From NCBI GenBank assembly GCA_965219085.1, contig OZ244720.1, positions 2,432,001-2,496,000 of the forward strand: a stretch of 64,000 bases of DNA, given 5' to 3'. Below are positions 1 to 10,382 of the stretch, one piece after another. A program made the translations under genes and the position numbers. Every line of letters begins with the position of its first letter. The first letter of the stretch is position 1. The notes beneath the pieces were generated by a model. It was not told the DNA's origin. It was given only the letters and a program-made list of their open reading frames with translations, and made no database searches. The stretch comes from Dehalococcoidia bacterium. Its GTDB lineage: Bacteria > Chloroflexota > Dehalococcoidia > UBA2979.

Positions 1-178
1 GCCGTTTGGCGTCGTCGGCCTTCATCGCGCCGTACTGGTTGCGCCAGCGGTGGTAGGTCTGCTCCGAGATCTCGACCTGCTTCGCCGCCTCGGCGATCGT
101 CTGCCCTTCGCCGAGCAGCCGCTCCACCTCGCGCAGCTTCCGCACGATCTGCTCGGGCGTGTGCCTGCGTCGTTTCAC
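1..178 (-). CDS. IS3-family transposase OrfA (partial)
   Basis: Manual translation from GTG 178: MKRRRHTPEQIVRKLREVERLLGEGQTIAEAAKQVEISEQTYHRWRNQYGAMKADDAKR, an IS3 OrfA HTH pattern; not in ORF track. Confidence 0.9.
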   Translation of the reverse strand, partial: MKRRRHTPEQIVRKLREVERLLGEGQTIAEAAKQVEISEQTYHRWRNQYGAMKADDAKR

Positions 179-256
179 CGTGATGTCCTCCTCTGCCCAC
201 TTTCATGGGCCAAAGGACTCTCATCAACGGTGGTCCCGTTTCAAGGGGTCAGGTCA
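1..256 (-). mobile_element. IS3-family element, left end (continues beyond window start)
   Basis: Minus strand begins TGACCTGACCCCTTGAAACGGGACCACC at 256 (5'-TG terminus typical of IS3), followed by an OrfA-type gene. Confidence 0.85.
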
Positions 257-1212
257 CCTCTGTCACGCACTATGACTGGGCACTCACGGCTCTGTCATCG
301 ATCACGTTCCCTTTTGGTGAACTCTCGCAAGACGGGTCGCTGCTGGTAGGCGCGCTGTTTACCCCGGGCTTTGAACTTGGGGTGACCTTCGGATTGAGTG
401 TCACGTCGATCTTCGACACGGTCACTGGCGTCGAACTGCTTCGCGTTAAGGGTGCCCTTCCGTCAAGGAGTCTCTATGGCGTCCACGAAGGGCGAAGCGT
501 CTGGCTCCCAGGCGGCTCGGGGCTGGTCCTCGGCACACGCGACGGTTCGAGCATCGTGAGAATGGATGACCCACGGGTCAGCGTGTTTCCAGCAGAAACG
601 CGCTCGTGGGAGGGCCTGCTGATCCCGAGCCCGGACCGCGTCGACCGCCTAGATCGGCCGTTCCAGTACTCCCTCCCGTACTGCGACGGGGCCGACAGCG
701 AGGATGGCCGGGGTGAACAGTGCCGCGCGCTGAGCGCCAGAGTTGTGCGCGACACCGGACTGGAACTGATGTCGGCCCGGGTGACGCTCCGAATCTTGCC
801 CGGAAGCTTCTGGGACCTTCTGCGATGGTCTGGCCTTGCCGGGGCGTACAACCGGACCTCGTGGGGTCTCACGAGTGATGAGCTTCGCATGCACCTCAGC
901 CTGGGTGGGCAGTACGAGGATGGCTGGGCCCGTCCTGTGCTGCCGCTCGCTGTCGACCGTCCGCCATTCGCCCCGCTGATGGCGCTAGAGGTTTCGGGTG
1001 GTGATACGTGCACACACCTGCGCGTAGCCCCGGAATTCGAGGCTGAGAGTCTCGCGTGCCTCCCGGACAGGGTGTCTGTGGCGGCGGCCACCGACCGGTT
1101 CAGCTACATGCTGGACCTTACCTCGAGCGATTCCGGCGATTGGGTGCACGTCCGCACCGAGGACGGCATCGCGGGCTGGCTGCCCCTCGGAAACGTGCGC
1201 TGGGCGGAGTAG
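257..1212 (+). pseudogene. 5'-truncated hypothetical protein with C-terminal SH3b-like domain, interrupted by IS3
   Basis: The ORF-track start (205) lies inside the IS end; C-terminus CTHLRVAP..ESLACLPD..WVHVRTEDGIAGWL resembles bacterial SH3. Confidence 0.6.
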
Positions 1213-1231
1213 CGTCTCGATCCGGCCTCGG

Positions 1232-1705
1232 TCAGCGCGGCTGTGGCACCGGCCCGAAGCGCTGCTCGATAACCCCTCGGCGGAAGTCGAAGATCGCTTG
1301 CACGCGCGGGGCGATCACGCGCTCGTTCAAGAGGCCGCCGAGGGGGCCGAACGGCAGCGCGTAGTGCACGATGTCCCGCATCTCCGTGCCGCCCGCCACC
1401 TCGCGGAAGTGGTGCTGGTGGTGCCAGAAGCGGTACGGCCCGATGCGCTGGTCGTCGACGAACAACTCCTCCTCGACGACCGCGGTGATCTCCGTCACCC
1501 ACGTCACCGGGATCCCGAGCAGCGGTCGCACGCGGTAGACCACGATCAGGCCCGGGTGCGCGCGCTCCGGGATGTCCCCGGTGATCTCGAAGCCCATGTC
1601 GGGCGGCGTGATCACCGAGAGGTTGCGGGGATTCGAGAAGAACGCCCACGCCTCCGCGCGGTCGACCGGCAGTACCTGCACCGCTTCGAATCGGTGGAGG
1701 CTCAT
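1232..1705 (-). CDS. SRPBCC/START-domain protein
   Basis: MSLHRFEAVQ..AWAFFSNPRNL..ITPP..FVDDQRIGPY..WHHQHHF..MRDIVHYALP; SD-like GGGAG upstream. Confidence 0.85.
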   Translation of the reverse strand: MSLHRFEAVQVLPVDRAEAWAFFSNPRNLSVITPPDMGFEITGDIPERAHPGLIVVYRVRPLLGIPVTWVTEITAVVEEELFVDDQRIGPYRFWHHQHHFREVAGGTEMRDIVHYALPFGPLGGLLNERVIAPRVQAIFDFRRGVIEQRFGPVPQPR

Positions 1706-1739
1706 CGGGGACTCCCTTCCGTCGGTGAGAGGTGGTTCG

Positions 1740-2906
1740 CTACTCGGGGTCGTCGAGGGCAGCGCTCGCGATGGTCTCCAGCGCGCGCGCCTCGATCGGT
1801 GGGTTGATGAGCCCGCTGCGCACGTCGCGGAAGTAGCGTTCGAGGGGCTCCGAGCGGTGCATCGCGACGCCGCCGACAATCCGCATCGCGATCTCGACGA
1901 CCTCGACCGCGGTGTTCGTCGCGAGGCGCTTCGAGGCCGCGACCTGAGGGCCGAGACGCGGACGCTCCTCCGGCGTGCGCTCCCACGCTTCCGAGGTCTG
2001 CATCAGCAGGGCGGACGCGGCCATGAGCGCGGCGTCCATGCGCCCGACCTGCTCGCGCACGTGCGGCACGGCGGCGACGGGGCCGGGCGCGCCAATGGGC
2101 CGGCGCTCGCGCGCGAAGCGCACGGCGTAGTCGCGTGCAGCCTCGGCCACACCGAGGCTCGTCGCGCCAACGAGGATGGCGAACCACGCGGCGGGCCGCT
2201 CGCGCTGGCGGGCGGGGTCGGAGCGCGTGACGAAGTCCTCGTCCGTCACGAGCACGTCGTCGAAGCAGACGTCGTCGGAGCCGCTGGCGCGCATGCCGAG
2301 CGCGTCCCACGTCCCCTCGATGCGCACACCGGGCAGGTCGCGGCCGATGGCGATGCGGCCGACCTCGCCGCTGCCGTCCTCGACGGCGACGTAGGTGACG
2401 AAGTGGGTGAGGACGGGCGCGGCGGTGGTGTAGGTCTTGCGCCCGCTCACGCGCCAGCGGCCGGGGCCGTCAGGCGTGGCTGTGGTCTCGGGGCGGCCGC
2501 CGCCTTGCGGTGAGCCGAGGTTGCGCTCGGCGGCGGCGTTGTTGATCAGCGCGCCCTCGTGCACGACGGCGCGGAAGATGCGCTCGCGTGCTGCCTCGGG
2601 CCACTGGCGCGCCTGCCCCTCGGCGCCGCACAGCATGAGATGCATCGCAAGCCCGAGTGCGGTCGAGCCGTCGCCCTTCGCGAGCTCGATCTGCGCGCGC
2701 GCGACGTCGTCGAGGCCGTACCCGCCGCCGCTGTACTCGGTCGGGACCGAGGCGGCGGTGTAGCCGGAGCGGCGGGCTGCCTCGAAGTGCTCGTGGGGGA
2801 AGGAGCCCGCGCGGTCGTGCTCGGCGGCGCGCACCGCGAACCGGGCCGCGAGGCGCCGCGCCTGGGCTACCAGTTCGGCCTGTCGTTCAGTCTTCGGCTC
2901 CACCAT
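1740..2906 (-). CDS. Acyl-CoA dehydrogenase family protein
   Basis: AAEHDRAGSFP, W.VSGRKTYTT, WDALGMRASGSDD, LERYFRDVR motifs. Confidence 0.9.
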   Translation of the reverse strand: MVEPKTERQAELVAQARRLAARFAVRAAEHDRAGSFPHEHFEAARRSGYTAASVPTEYSGGGYGLDDVARAQIELAKGDGSTALGLAMHLMLCGAEGQARQWPEAARERIFRAVVHEGALINNAAAERNLGSPQGGGRPETTATPDGPGRWRVSGRKTYTTAAPVLTHFVTYVAVEDGSGEVGRIAIGRDLPGVRIEGTWDALGMRASGSDDVCFDDVLVTDEDFVTRSDPARQRERPAAWFAILVGATSLGVAEAARDYAVRFARERRPIGAPGPVAAVPHVREQVGRMDAALMAASALLMQTSEAWERTPEERPRLGPQVAASKRLATNTAVEVVEIAMRIVGGVAMHRSEPLERYFRDVRSGLINPPIEARALETIASAALDDPE

Positions 2907-2942
2907 TCGAGCGTAGCACCGGCACACCGCAAGCGGACGTGA

Positions 2943-2970
2943 CGAGGGGCCGGCGGAAGCCGGCCCCTCG
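2943..2970 (-). terminator. 12-bp perfect stem-loop downstream of groEL
   Basis: CGAGGGGCCGGC-GGAA-GCCGGCCCCTCG; no clear U-tract. Confidence 0.6.
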
Positions 2971-2994
2971 GTGTGGTCGCGACTGCGTCGGGGC

Positions 2995-4620
<1,626 letters not shown>

Positions 4621-4725
4621 GCGCTTCAACTCCTTCTCAGTCGCTGCATCGAGGGCCGTACAAGAACGCCGCGGACCGCCCTCTCAGTCCCGCGACGCCG
4701 GTTTGCTTCCGTCAGTACGCACTCG

Positions 4726-4752
4726 TTAGCACTCTCACTTGCCGAGTGCTAA
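4726..4752. promoter_or_regulatory. CIRCE operator (HrcA site)
   Basis: Exact TTAGCACTC-N9-GAGTGCTAA upstream of groEL. Confidence 0.97.
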
Positions 4753-4755
4753 ACG

Positions 4756-4784
4756 TTTGTACCCAATCGAGCCCCACTGCGCAA
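4756..4784 (-). promoter_or_regulatory. Putative sigma70 promoter of groEL
   Basis: Minus strand TTGCGC-17 nt-TACAAA immediately before the CIRCE element. Confidence 0.6.
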
Positions 4785-4809
4785 GTACCCGCGCCGGAAG
4801 CGCGGGTAC
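4785..4809 (-). terminator. 10-bp stem-loop after the displaced nuoB 3'-end copy
   Basis: GTACCCGCGC-CGGAA-GCGCGGGTAC. Confidence 0.5.
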
Positions 4810-4811
4810 AT

Positions 4812-4888
4812 CGAACGCAACGCGGAGCGGCTGTTAGCGCTGGAGCAGCGGCACGCCGCCGCTGCGCCGCATCGGGTCGTCGAGGCCC
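4812..4888. repeat. 77-bp direct repeat, copy 1 (duplicate of nuoB 3' end plus 22 nt downstream)
   Basis: Matches 6620-6696 with one mismatch (4852 C vs 6660 G, synonymous Val codon). Confidence 0.97.
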
Positions 4889-4898
4889 CGGTGAGGTG

Positions 4899-6539
4899 TC
4901 AGCGGTCAGCATGACGCCCCGAAAGGGCTTCGGTCGCGCGCGCCATAGCGGGCGTGCACGCCGAGCACCAGCCACTGCCTGACTCGCGCCTCCCACACCC
5001 GAGGCACACGCCGCATTCAGGGCATTGCCGGGTGCCGATCGCGGGGCCGTTGCGTTCCAGGTGCGTCCAGCCCGCAGAGCCGCAGCTTGGGCAGGGGATA
5101 TGCACAAGATCTGCGTCCACCACGACTCGGACCTCACGCAGAGCGTCGTCGAATCCCGCCATCTGGAACATCAGCCCTTGCATCATCGTGGCCAACGTGG
5201 CCTGAGCCAGCTTGTTAATGGGCTCCGGGTCGGTGACCACGGTTTCGGCTGGGGTGCTGGTGTGGCGAGCCATTGCGGCCGTGCATGTCGAGCACCACGC
5301 GTCGGTCACGGATCCACTACAACCAAGACATACTCCGCAGCCATCGCAAGGCTCTACGCCGATCACTCGACCGTGACCGTCGACATGAGCCCAACCGACA
5401 GATCCGCACGCAGGACACGGGACACGTCTGTAGTCGACGTCAAGTAGTGTCCGCAACTCTCGGGCCACTTCGGCAAGACCGGCCTGGCTGAGGAGGTCTT
5501 CATGGCGAATTGTGGCTCCAATGGGTATCGGTTCTGTTCTGGCCCCGGTTCGTCCTGCCCCCTCGTCCTCGCGGACAAGTTCCAAGTCGGCGAAGTCGGG
5601 CAGTCCGATGTCTGGGTGCTCGCCGAGGATCCGCTCCGCAATGGATATGGCGGGCGTGCAGATAGTGCACCAACCGGCAACCTGTTCGTCGTCCCCGCAA
5701 GAAGGGCACGAGTGGCAGCTAAAGCAGACCCGGGCGCCAAGCAATCCGGGGTGGGGCCCGACGAGTGTGTAGCGCTGGAATCCGAAGAGCGGCTGGGAGT
5801 GCTCGCGCACTCCCGCTTCGGGACTGTCGCTCTCCACGTGGAGGTATCCGTCCACAGAACAGTGCCAGCAGCGTACTCGCTTGAGATTCGCGTTCTCCAA
5901 AGTTCGCAGATCCGCAACCGCGCGTTCGAAACCGGCATGATGGAGAGCGGTCGCCCTCAGAAGGAGCGCCTCCGAGGCCTCTCGAAACACAACTGCGGGA
6001 TTCGGGCCGCCGACCCCATGGTCGCAAAGAATCGCGAGACGACCTGCATAGACCGCCTCGCCTGCGAGCAGTCCGGCCACGCTGTAGTGCCGCTCCCCAG
6101 TCGCGATGGTGGCGCGGGACGCGGCAGCGGCTGCGTACGAGTGGCGACGTAGTATGTGGCCGAGAGATCCGCGGGCCCCATTGCCTGCAGACGCGAGTAC
6201 GGGGCTTAGCACTTCCTCGACGTACGCCGCTTTGGGACGCCCATGGAGCACAGTTTCGGCGCAGGTTCGCAGCCTGCCGGCGACCGTAGAGGCGAGCGCT
6301 CGGGCCTCGCTCAGATCGGAGCGCATCGCCTGACGTTGACGGGATATGCGTGACCGCGCAGGTTCGGCAGTGCGCTCCGGCGAATCCTCGGCCGCGCGCC
6401 AATCAGCAGCGACGTCGTCCAGAGCGTCAGCGAGGGCGCGGAAGATCGTCGCCGTGCCCGCCGAGGCGTGTGCAGCTTCAGAACGACGCGAAGCTCTGTC
6501 GCCCCCTCCGCCCACCCAGCGCCTGATTCTGTTCAGCAT
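4899..6539 (-). CDS. Hypothetical protein with three Cys-rich (zinc-ribbon-like) repeats
   Basis: 546 aa; three CxxC..CxxCxxCxxC..WCxxC units; TAGATT -10 box 7 nt before ATG; more A/T-rich than neighbours. Confidence 0.75.
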   Translation of the reverse strand: MLNRIRRWVGGGGDRASRRSEAAHASAGTATIFRALADALDDVAADWRAAEDSPERTAEPARSRISRQRQAMRSDLSEARALASTVAGRLRTCAETVLHGRPKAAYVEEVLSPVLASAGNGARGSLGHILRRHSYAAAAASRATIATGERHYSVAGLLAGEAVYAGRLAILCDHGVGGPNPAVVFREASEALLLRATALHHAGFERAVADLRTLENANLKRVRCWHCSVDGYLHVESDSPEAGVREHSQPLFGFQRYTLVGPHPGLLGARVCFSCHSCPSCGDDEQVAGWCTICTPAISIAERILGEHPDIGLPDFADLELVREDEGAGRTGARTEPIPIGATIRHEDLLSQAGLAEVARELRTLLDVDYRRVPCPACGSVGWAHVDGHGRVIGVEPCDGCGVCLGCSGSVTDAWCSTCTAAMARHTSTPAETVVTDPEPINKLAQATLATMMQGLMFQMAGFDDALREVRVVVDADLVHIPCPSCGSAGWTHLERNGPAIGTRQCPECGVCLGCGRRESGSGWCSACTPAMARATEALSGRHADR

Positions 6540-6619
6540 GACGAAGAATCTACAGCGAGGTGGCGAGCCTAGCTACTGACCCTCAAGGTCACTACGCCCT
6601 CTGTGGAAGCGTCTCAGGC

Positions 6620-6696
6620 CGAACGCAACGCGGAGCGGCTGTTAGCGCTGGAGCAGCGGGACGCCGCCGCTGCGCCGCATCGGGTCGTCGAGGCCC
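6620..6696. repeat. 77-bp direct repeat, copy 2 (current nuoB 3' end)
   Basis: Matches 4812-4888. Confidence 0.97.
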
Positions 6697-7346
6697 GCGT
6701 ACGGTGGGAACAGCGACTCCAGCTCGGCGCGGATCGGGTCGCCCTCGGGCAGGTACGGCGAGAAGTCGCCGTCGGGCTCGAGGCGCTCCCGGACGCCGTG
6801 GGTGCCGAACTCGCGGATCTTGTCCTGCAGCATCATCAGGCCCTGCAGCAGCGACTCGGGCCGCGGCGGGCAGCCGGGCACGTAGACATCGACGGGCGAG
6901 ACGAGGTTCACGCCGGGCAGGACGGAGTAACCGTAGGCGAAGGGGCCGCCCATGATCGCGCAGCCACCCATGGAGATGACCCACTTCGGCTCGGCCATCT
7001 GCACGTACACGCGCCGCACGGCCGGGGCCATCTTCCAGGTCACGGTGCCTGCGACGATCATCAGGTCCGCCTGGCGCGGCGAGGCGCGGAACACCTCGGA
7101 GCCGAAGCGCGCGATGTCATACCGCGAGGTCGCGCTGGCGATCATCTCGATGGCGCAACAGGCGAGGCCGAACATCGCCGGCCACAGCGAGGAGGAGCGC
7201 GCCCAGTTCATCACCTGGTCGACGGAGGTGAGGAGGACGTTCTTGCGCAGTTCTTCTTCGAGGTCGGCCGGAGCGACATCCGTCGACGAGTCGAAGAGTT
7301 GCAGACGTTGCCGGGTCTCAGGGCTCATGCCCCCGCTGCTCACCAC
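6642..7346 (-). CDS. nuoB: NADH-quinone oxidoreductase subunit B
   Basis: [43 protein letters not shown]; GAGGAG SD 7 nt before GTG. Confidence 0.95.
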   Translation of the reverse strand: MVSSGGMSPETRQRLQLFDSSTDVAPADLEEELRKNVLLTSVDQVMNWARSSSLWPAMFGLACCAIEMIASATSRYDIARFGSEVFRASPRQADLMIVAGTVTWKMAPAVRRVYVQMAEPKWVISMGGCAIMGGPFAYGYSVLPGVNLVSPVDVYVPGCPPRPESLLQGLMMLQDKIREFGTHGVRERLEPDGDFSPYLPEGDPIRAELESLFPPYAGLDDPMRRSGGVPLLQR

Positions 7347-7526
7347 GGCGTCACTCCTCGCTCCCCGGCTACCTTCGATCGGGCTAACGCCCCCGGGTGC
7401 CGGATCGCGGCGATCGTAGCCGAACGCGCCGAGGGCGTCGAGGCGCGGGCAGCGCGCGCACCTCGGGCTTCGCCGTCGCGTGCTGATGCCGACGCAGTCG
7501 TGGCGCGGCCAGGCGGCCCATGAGCA

Positions 7527-7736
7527 TCAGCTTGGCGACTTTCGGCGCACGTATACGAGGTAGATCGCAATTGCGACCACGACCTGGTACGCAACGACAG
7601 CCGCGATCGTGGCTTCGGAGGGGCCGGGCGCAAGCTTGGCGATAAACATGCCACCGCCCATGCCGATGGCAGCATGGAGCGTGCTGAGCCTGGCAGCAGT
7701 CAGCATCTGGCGCCCGCTCTTCGGTGGGGGGTACAT
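7527..7736 (-). CDS. Small putative membrane protein
   Basis: Hydrophobic segment IAAVVAYQVVVAIAIYLVYV followed by RRK; start uncertain. Confidence 0.35.
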   Translation of the reverse strand: MYPPPKSGRQMLTAARLSTLHAAIGMGGGMFIAKLAPGPSEATIAAVVAYQVVVAIAIYLVYVRRKSPS

Positions 7737-7770
7737 CGCTCTCCGGGCTCCCGGCGTTCCCGAAGGACTC

Positions 7771-8991
7771 CTAGGCCCCGTTCGCCAGCCACGGCTCCCA
7801 CTCCGCCGGCGCCTCGCTCACCGGGATCGGCGACAGCGCGCGCATGCGCTCGACGATGCCGGGCAGCACCTCGAGCAGGCGGTCCACGTCGGCGTCGGTG
7901 TTGTCGCGGCCGAGCGTGAAGCGCAGCGATCCGCGCGCCAGGTCGTCCGGCACGCCCATCGCCACCAGCACGTGGCTCGGCTCGACGGCTCCCGTCGTGC
8001 ATGCCGACCCCGAGGACGCTGCGACGCCCGCGAGGTCGAGCGCGAGCAGGATCGACTCGCCCTCGACGTAGCCGACGACGGCCGAGACGTTGCCGGGGAG
8101 CCGCTGGTCGAGGTCCGCGGGGCCGGTGATGCCGAGCATCGGTACGCGCTTCGGCAGCTCCTCGATGAGCCGCTGCTGGAGGGCGCGCTCGTGCGAGAGG
8201 TCGGCCTCGCGGCGTTCCTGCGCGACCTGCACCGCGCACGCGAGCCCGACGATGGCCGGCGTGTTCTCGGTGCCGGCGCGCAGGTTGGACTCCTGCCCGC
8301 CGCCGAGGATCAGCGGGGCGAGCGGCGTGCCGGAGCGCTGGTAGAGCACCCCCGCGCCCCTCGGCCCGTAGAACTTGTGCGCCGTCAGCGTCAGCAGGTC
8401 CACGCCCAGGCGGTCGACATTGACGCTCATGTGCGCTGCCGACTGCACGGCGTCGGTGTGGACCACGGTGCGCGGGTTGCGCTCGTGCACCGCGCGGCTG
8501 ATGGCCGCGATGTCGTTGAGCGCGCCGACCTCGTTGTTGGCGTGCATGATCGAGACGAGCACCGTGTCGTCGCGCACGGCGTCGGCGACGGCCGCCGGGT
8601 CGACGCGCCCGTCGGGCCCGACGTCGACGAGCGTGACGTTGGCGCCCTCGCGCTCAAGCTGCTCGGCGGTGTCGAGGACGGCGTGGTGCTCGGCGCCGTT
8701 CGTGATCATGTGCTGGCCGCGAGCGCGGCTGGCGGCGAGCACGCCGCGCAGCGCGAGGTTGTCGGACTCCGAGCCGCCCGAGGTGAAGATGATCTCCTCG
8801 GGCTGCGCGCCGATCCACGCCGCGACGGTGGCGCGCGCCTCGTCGATGGCCTGGGCGGCGCGCTGCGCCTCCACGTAGATCGACGAGGGGTTGTGCCACA
8901 CCTCGCCGAGGTAGGGCAGCATCGCCTCGACGACCTCCGGTGCGGGAGGCGTCGTGGCGGCGTGGTCGAGGTAGACACGCGGTTCGGTCAT
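7771..8991 (-). CDS. iscS: Cysteine desulfurase (IscS/NifS type)
   Basis: YLDHAATT, IFTSGGSESDN, AHKFYGPRG, RAGTEN, SSGSAC. Confidence 0.93.
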   Translation of the reverse strand: MTEPRVYLDHAATTPPAPEVVEAMLPYLGEVWHNPSSIYVEAQRAAQAIDEARATVAAWIGAQPEEIIFTSGGSESDNLALRGVLAASRARGQHMITNGAEHHAVLDTAEQLEREGANVTLVDVGPDGRVDPAAVADAVRDDTVLVSIMHANNEVGALNDIAAISRAVHERNPRTVVHTDAVQSAAHMSVNVDRLGVDLLTLTAHKFYGPRGAGVLYQRSGTPLAPLILGGGQESNLRAGTENTPAIVGLACAVQVAQERREADLSHERALQQRLIEELPKRVPMLGITGPADLDQRLPGNVSAVVGYVEGESILLALDLAGVAASSGSACTTGAVEPSHVLVAMGVPDDLARGSLRFTLGRDNTDADVDRLLEVLPGIVERMRALSPIPVSEAPAEWEPWLANGA

Positions 8992-9089
8992 CGCTCCCAG
9001 CATACCGCGTGCGCGCGCGGCCCTGTGCGCGAGGCGCATGGCGAGCTCCAAGTAAGTGGGAACCCTCCCCGCGTCTGTAGGATGGCCCC

Positions 9090-10382
9090 ATGCGGAGCCG
9101 CCTCGCCTTACTACTCGCCGTGGTGACCGCGTTGCTGGCGTTGTCGTGCGAGCACGGCGGGCACGAAGGTCCTGCCGCAACGTCGACGCCGACGACATCG
9201 GCGCGTGCCCCGACCACCGTTTCCATCGCGGGCCCTGTGCTCGTCTTCTCCAGCCCGCCCGGGAACCTCGACATCACCCCGTTCACTGAACAGGCGCGGT
9301 GGCATTGGGTGCGCGCTCTCGATACGGCCACCGGGGCGCGGTGGACCATCCTGGAACACCCGGTCAGGGCGAGAGTGGCCGACACGAGTCTCGTCGCCTA
9401 CGACGGCAAACGGGTTCGCAGGGTGTCCATCGATGGGTCGACGGAGGCGATCCTCTGGGAGAAACCGACCCAGGATCTGTCGGTCTCAGCAGACGGGACG
9501 AAGGTAGCGATTATGCTCGGCCACAGGCGGCAGGGCGTGGTCGTGCTCGATGCGGTGACGGGCGACGAGATCCGGTCGTTCACACGCGATGATCTCCGGC
9601 TCGATCGGCTCCATGCGCCGCTTGCGATCCTGGGCGAGTGGAGTACCGGCAACGACGCCTTCTCAATAGACCTCGATTGGCAGAGGCTCAACCGCAGTAT
9701 TCGAGAACTCTGGCACATTAGCTCGCCAATCCCGCCCTCGCGGAACACCATCCTCACGCTCGACGGCGATATCCGCGAGCCCGAATCGTGGCTCCTGTCG
9801 CCAGACTTCCGCCACGCGCTCGAACCCAGATTCGGAATGGGCTCTGACCCTGCTACCGCCTTCTGGTACCGCTTCGAGGTGATCCATGCGGAGACGGGCG
9901 AGATCGTCGCGACGGTAAGGCCGGAAGGTGATGCGGACATCACCCCCTATGACTGGCTGACCTGGGATGCGGGGCTGCGAGAGCGTCAGCACGTCGTGTG
10001 GCCCTCGAATGCTAACAGTTATGTGTACTTCGAATATCACCCGCCTTACGATGTACGGCGATCCAAGTCGCGCGCGCTCGATGACTGGTTGGCATGGGTT
10101 GAGGGGCGAGAACCACCGGACCTGAGAGCTCGGGTCTTGGACCTTGAAACAGGCGAGAGCAGGCCGCTCTCCTACGCTGAGTGGATTGGCGACCTCGACC
10201 AGCGCGTGGAGGAGGTGTGCCGTTTTGGCGAGCTGCCTCGATCGACGTGCGTGCTCCTGCTCAAGGGGGGCACTGTTTCCGAGAGCGCCACGAACTTTGT
10301 CGCGCTTGTCGAGCTCGACGAGCCGCTGACACTGTCCGCCGCGCTGTTTCGCGAGCCGTGCAGGTTCCCGGGAGACTGCTAG
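9090..10382 (+). CDS. Putative lipoprotein, possibly beta-propeller-like
   Basis: Signal peptide with lipobox LALSC, Thr/Pro linker, SVSADGTKVA (TolB/WD40-like); TAGGAT 6 nt before ATG. Confidence 0.65.
   Translation: MRSRLALLLAVVTALLALSCEHGGHEGPAATSTPTTSARAPTTVSIAGPVLVFSSPPGNLDITPFTEQARWHWVRALDTATGARWTILEHPVRARVADTSLVAYDGKRVRRVSIDGSTEAILWEKPTQDLSVSADGTKVAIMLGHRRQGVVVLDAVTGDEIRSFTRDDLRLDRLHAPLAILGEWSTGNDAFSIDLDWQRLNRSIRELWHISSPIPPSRNTILTLDGDIREPESWLLSPDFRHALEPRFGMGSDPATAFWYRFEVIHAETGEIVATVRPEGDADITPYDWLTWDAGLRERQHVVWPSNANSYVYFEYHPPYDVRRSKSRALDDWLAWVEGREPPDLRARVLDLETGESRPLSYAEWIGDLDQRVEEVCRFGELPRSTCVLLLKGGTVSESATNFVALVELDEPLTLSAALFREPCRFPGDC

Noticed and set aside
4712-5137. ORF-track proteins sharing peptide text with 6560-6984
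   Set aside because: A by-product of the 77-bp nuoB duplication, not real paralogous genes
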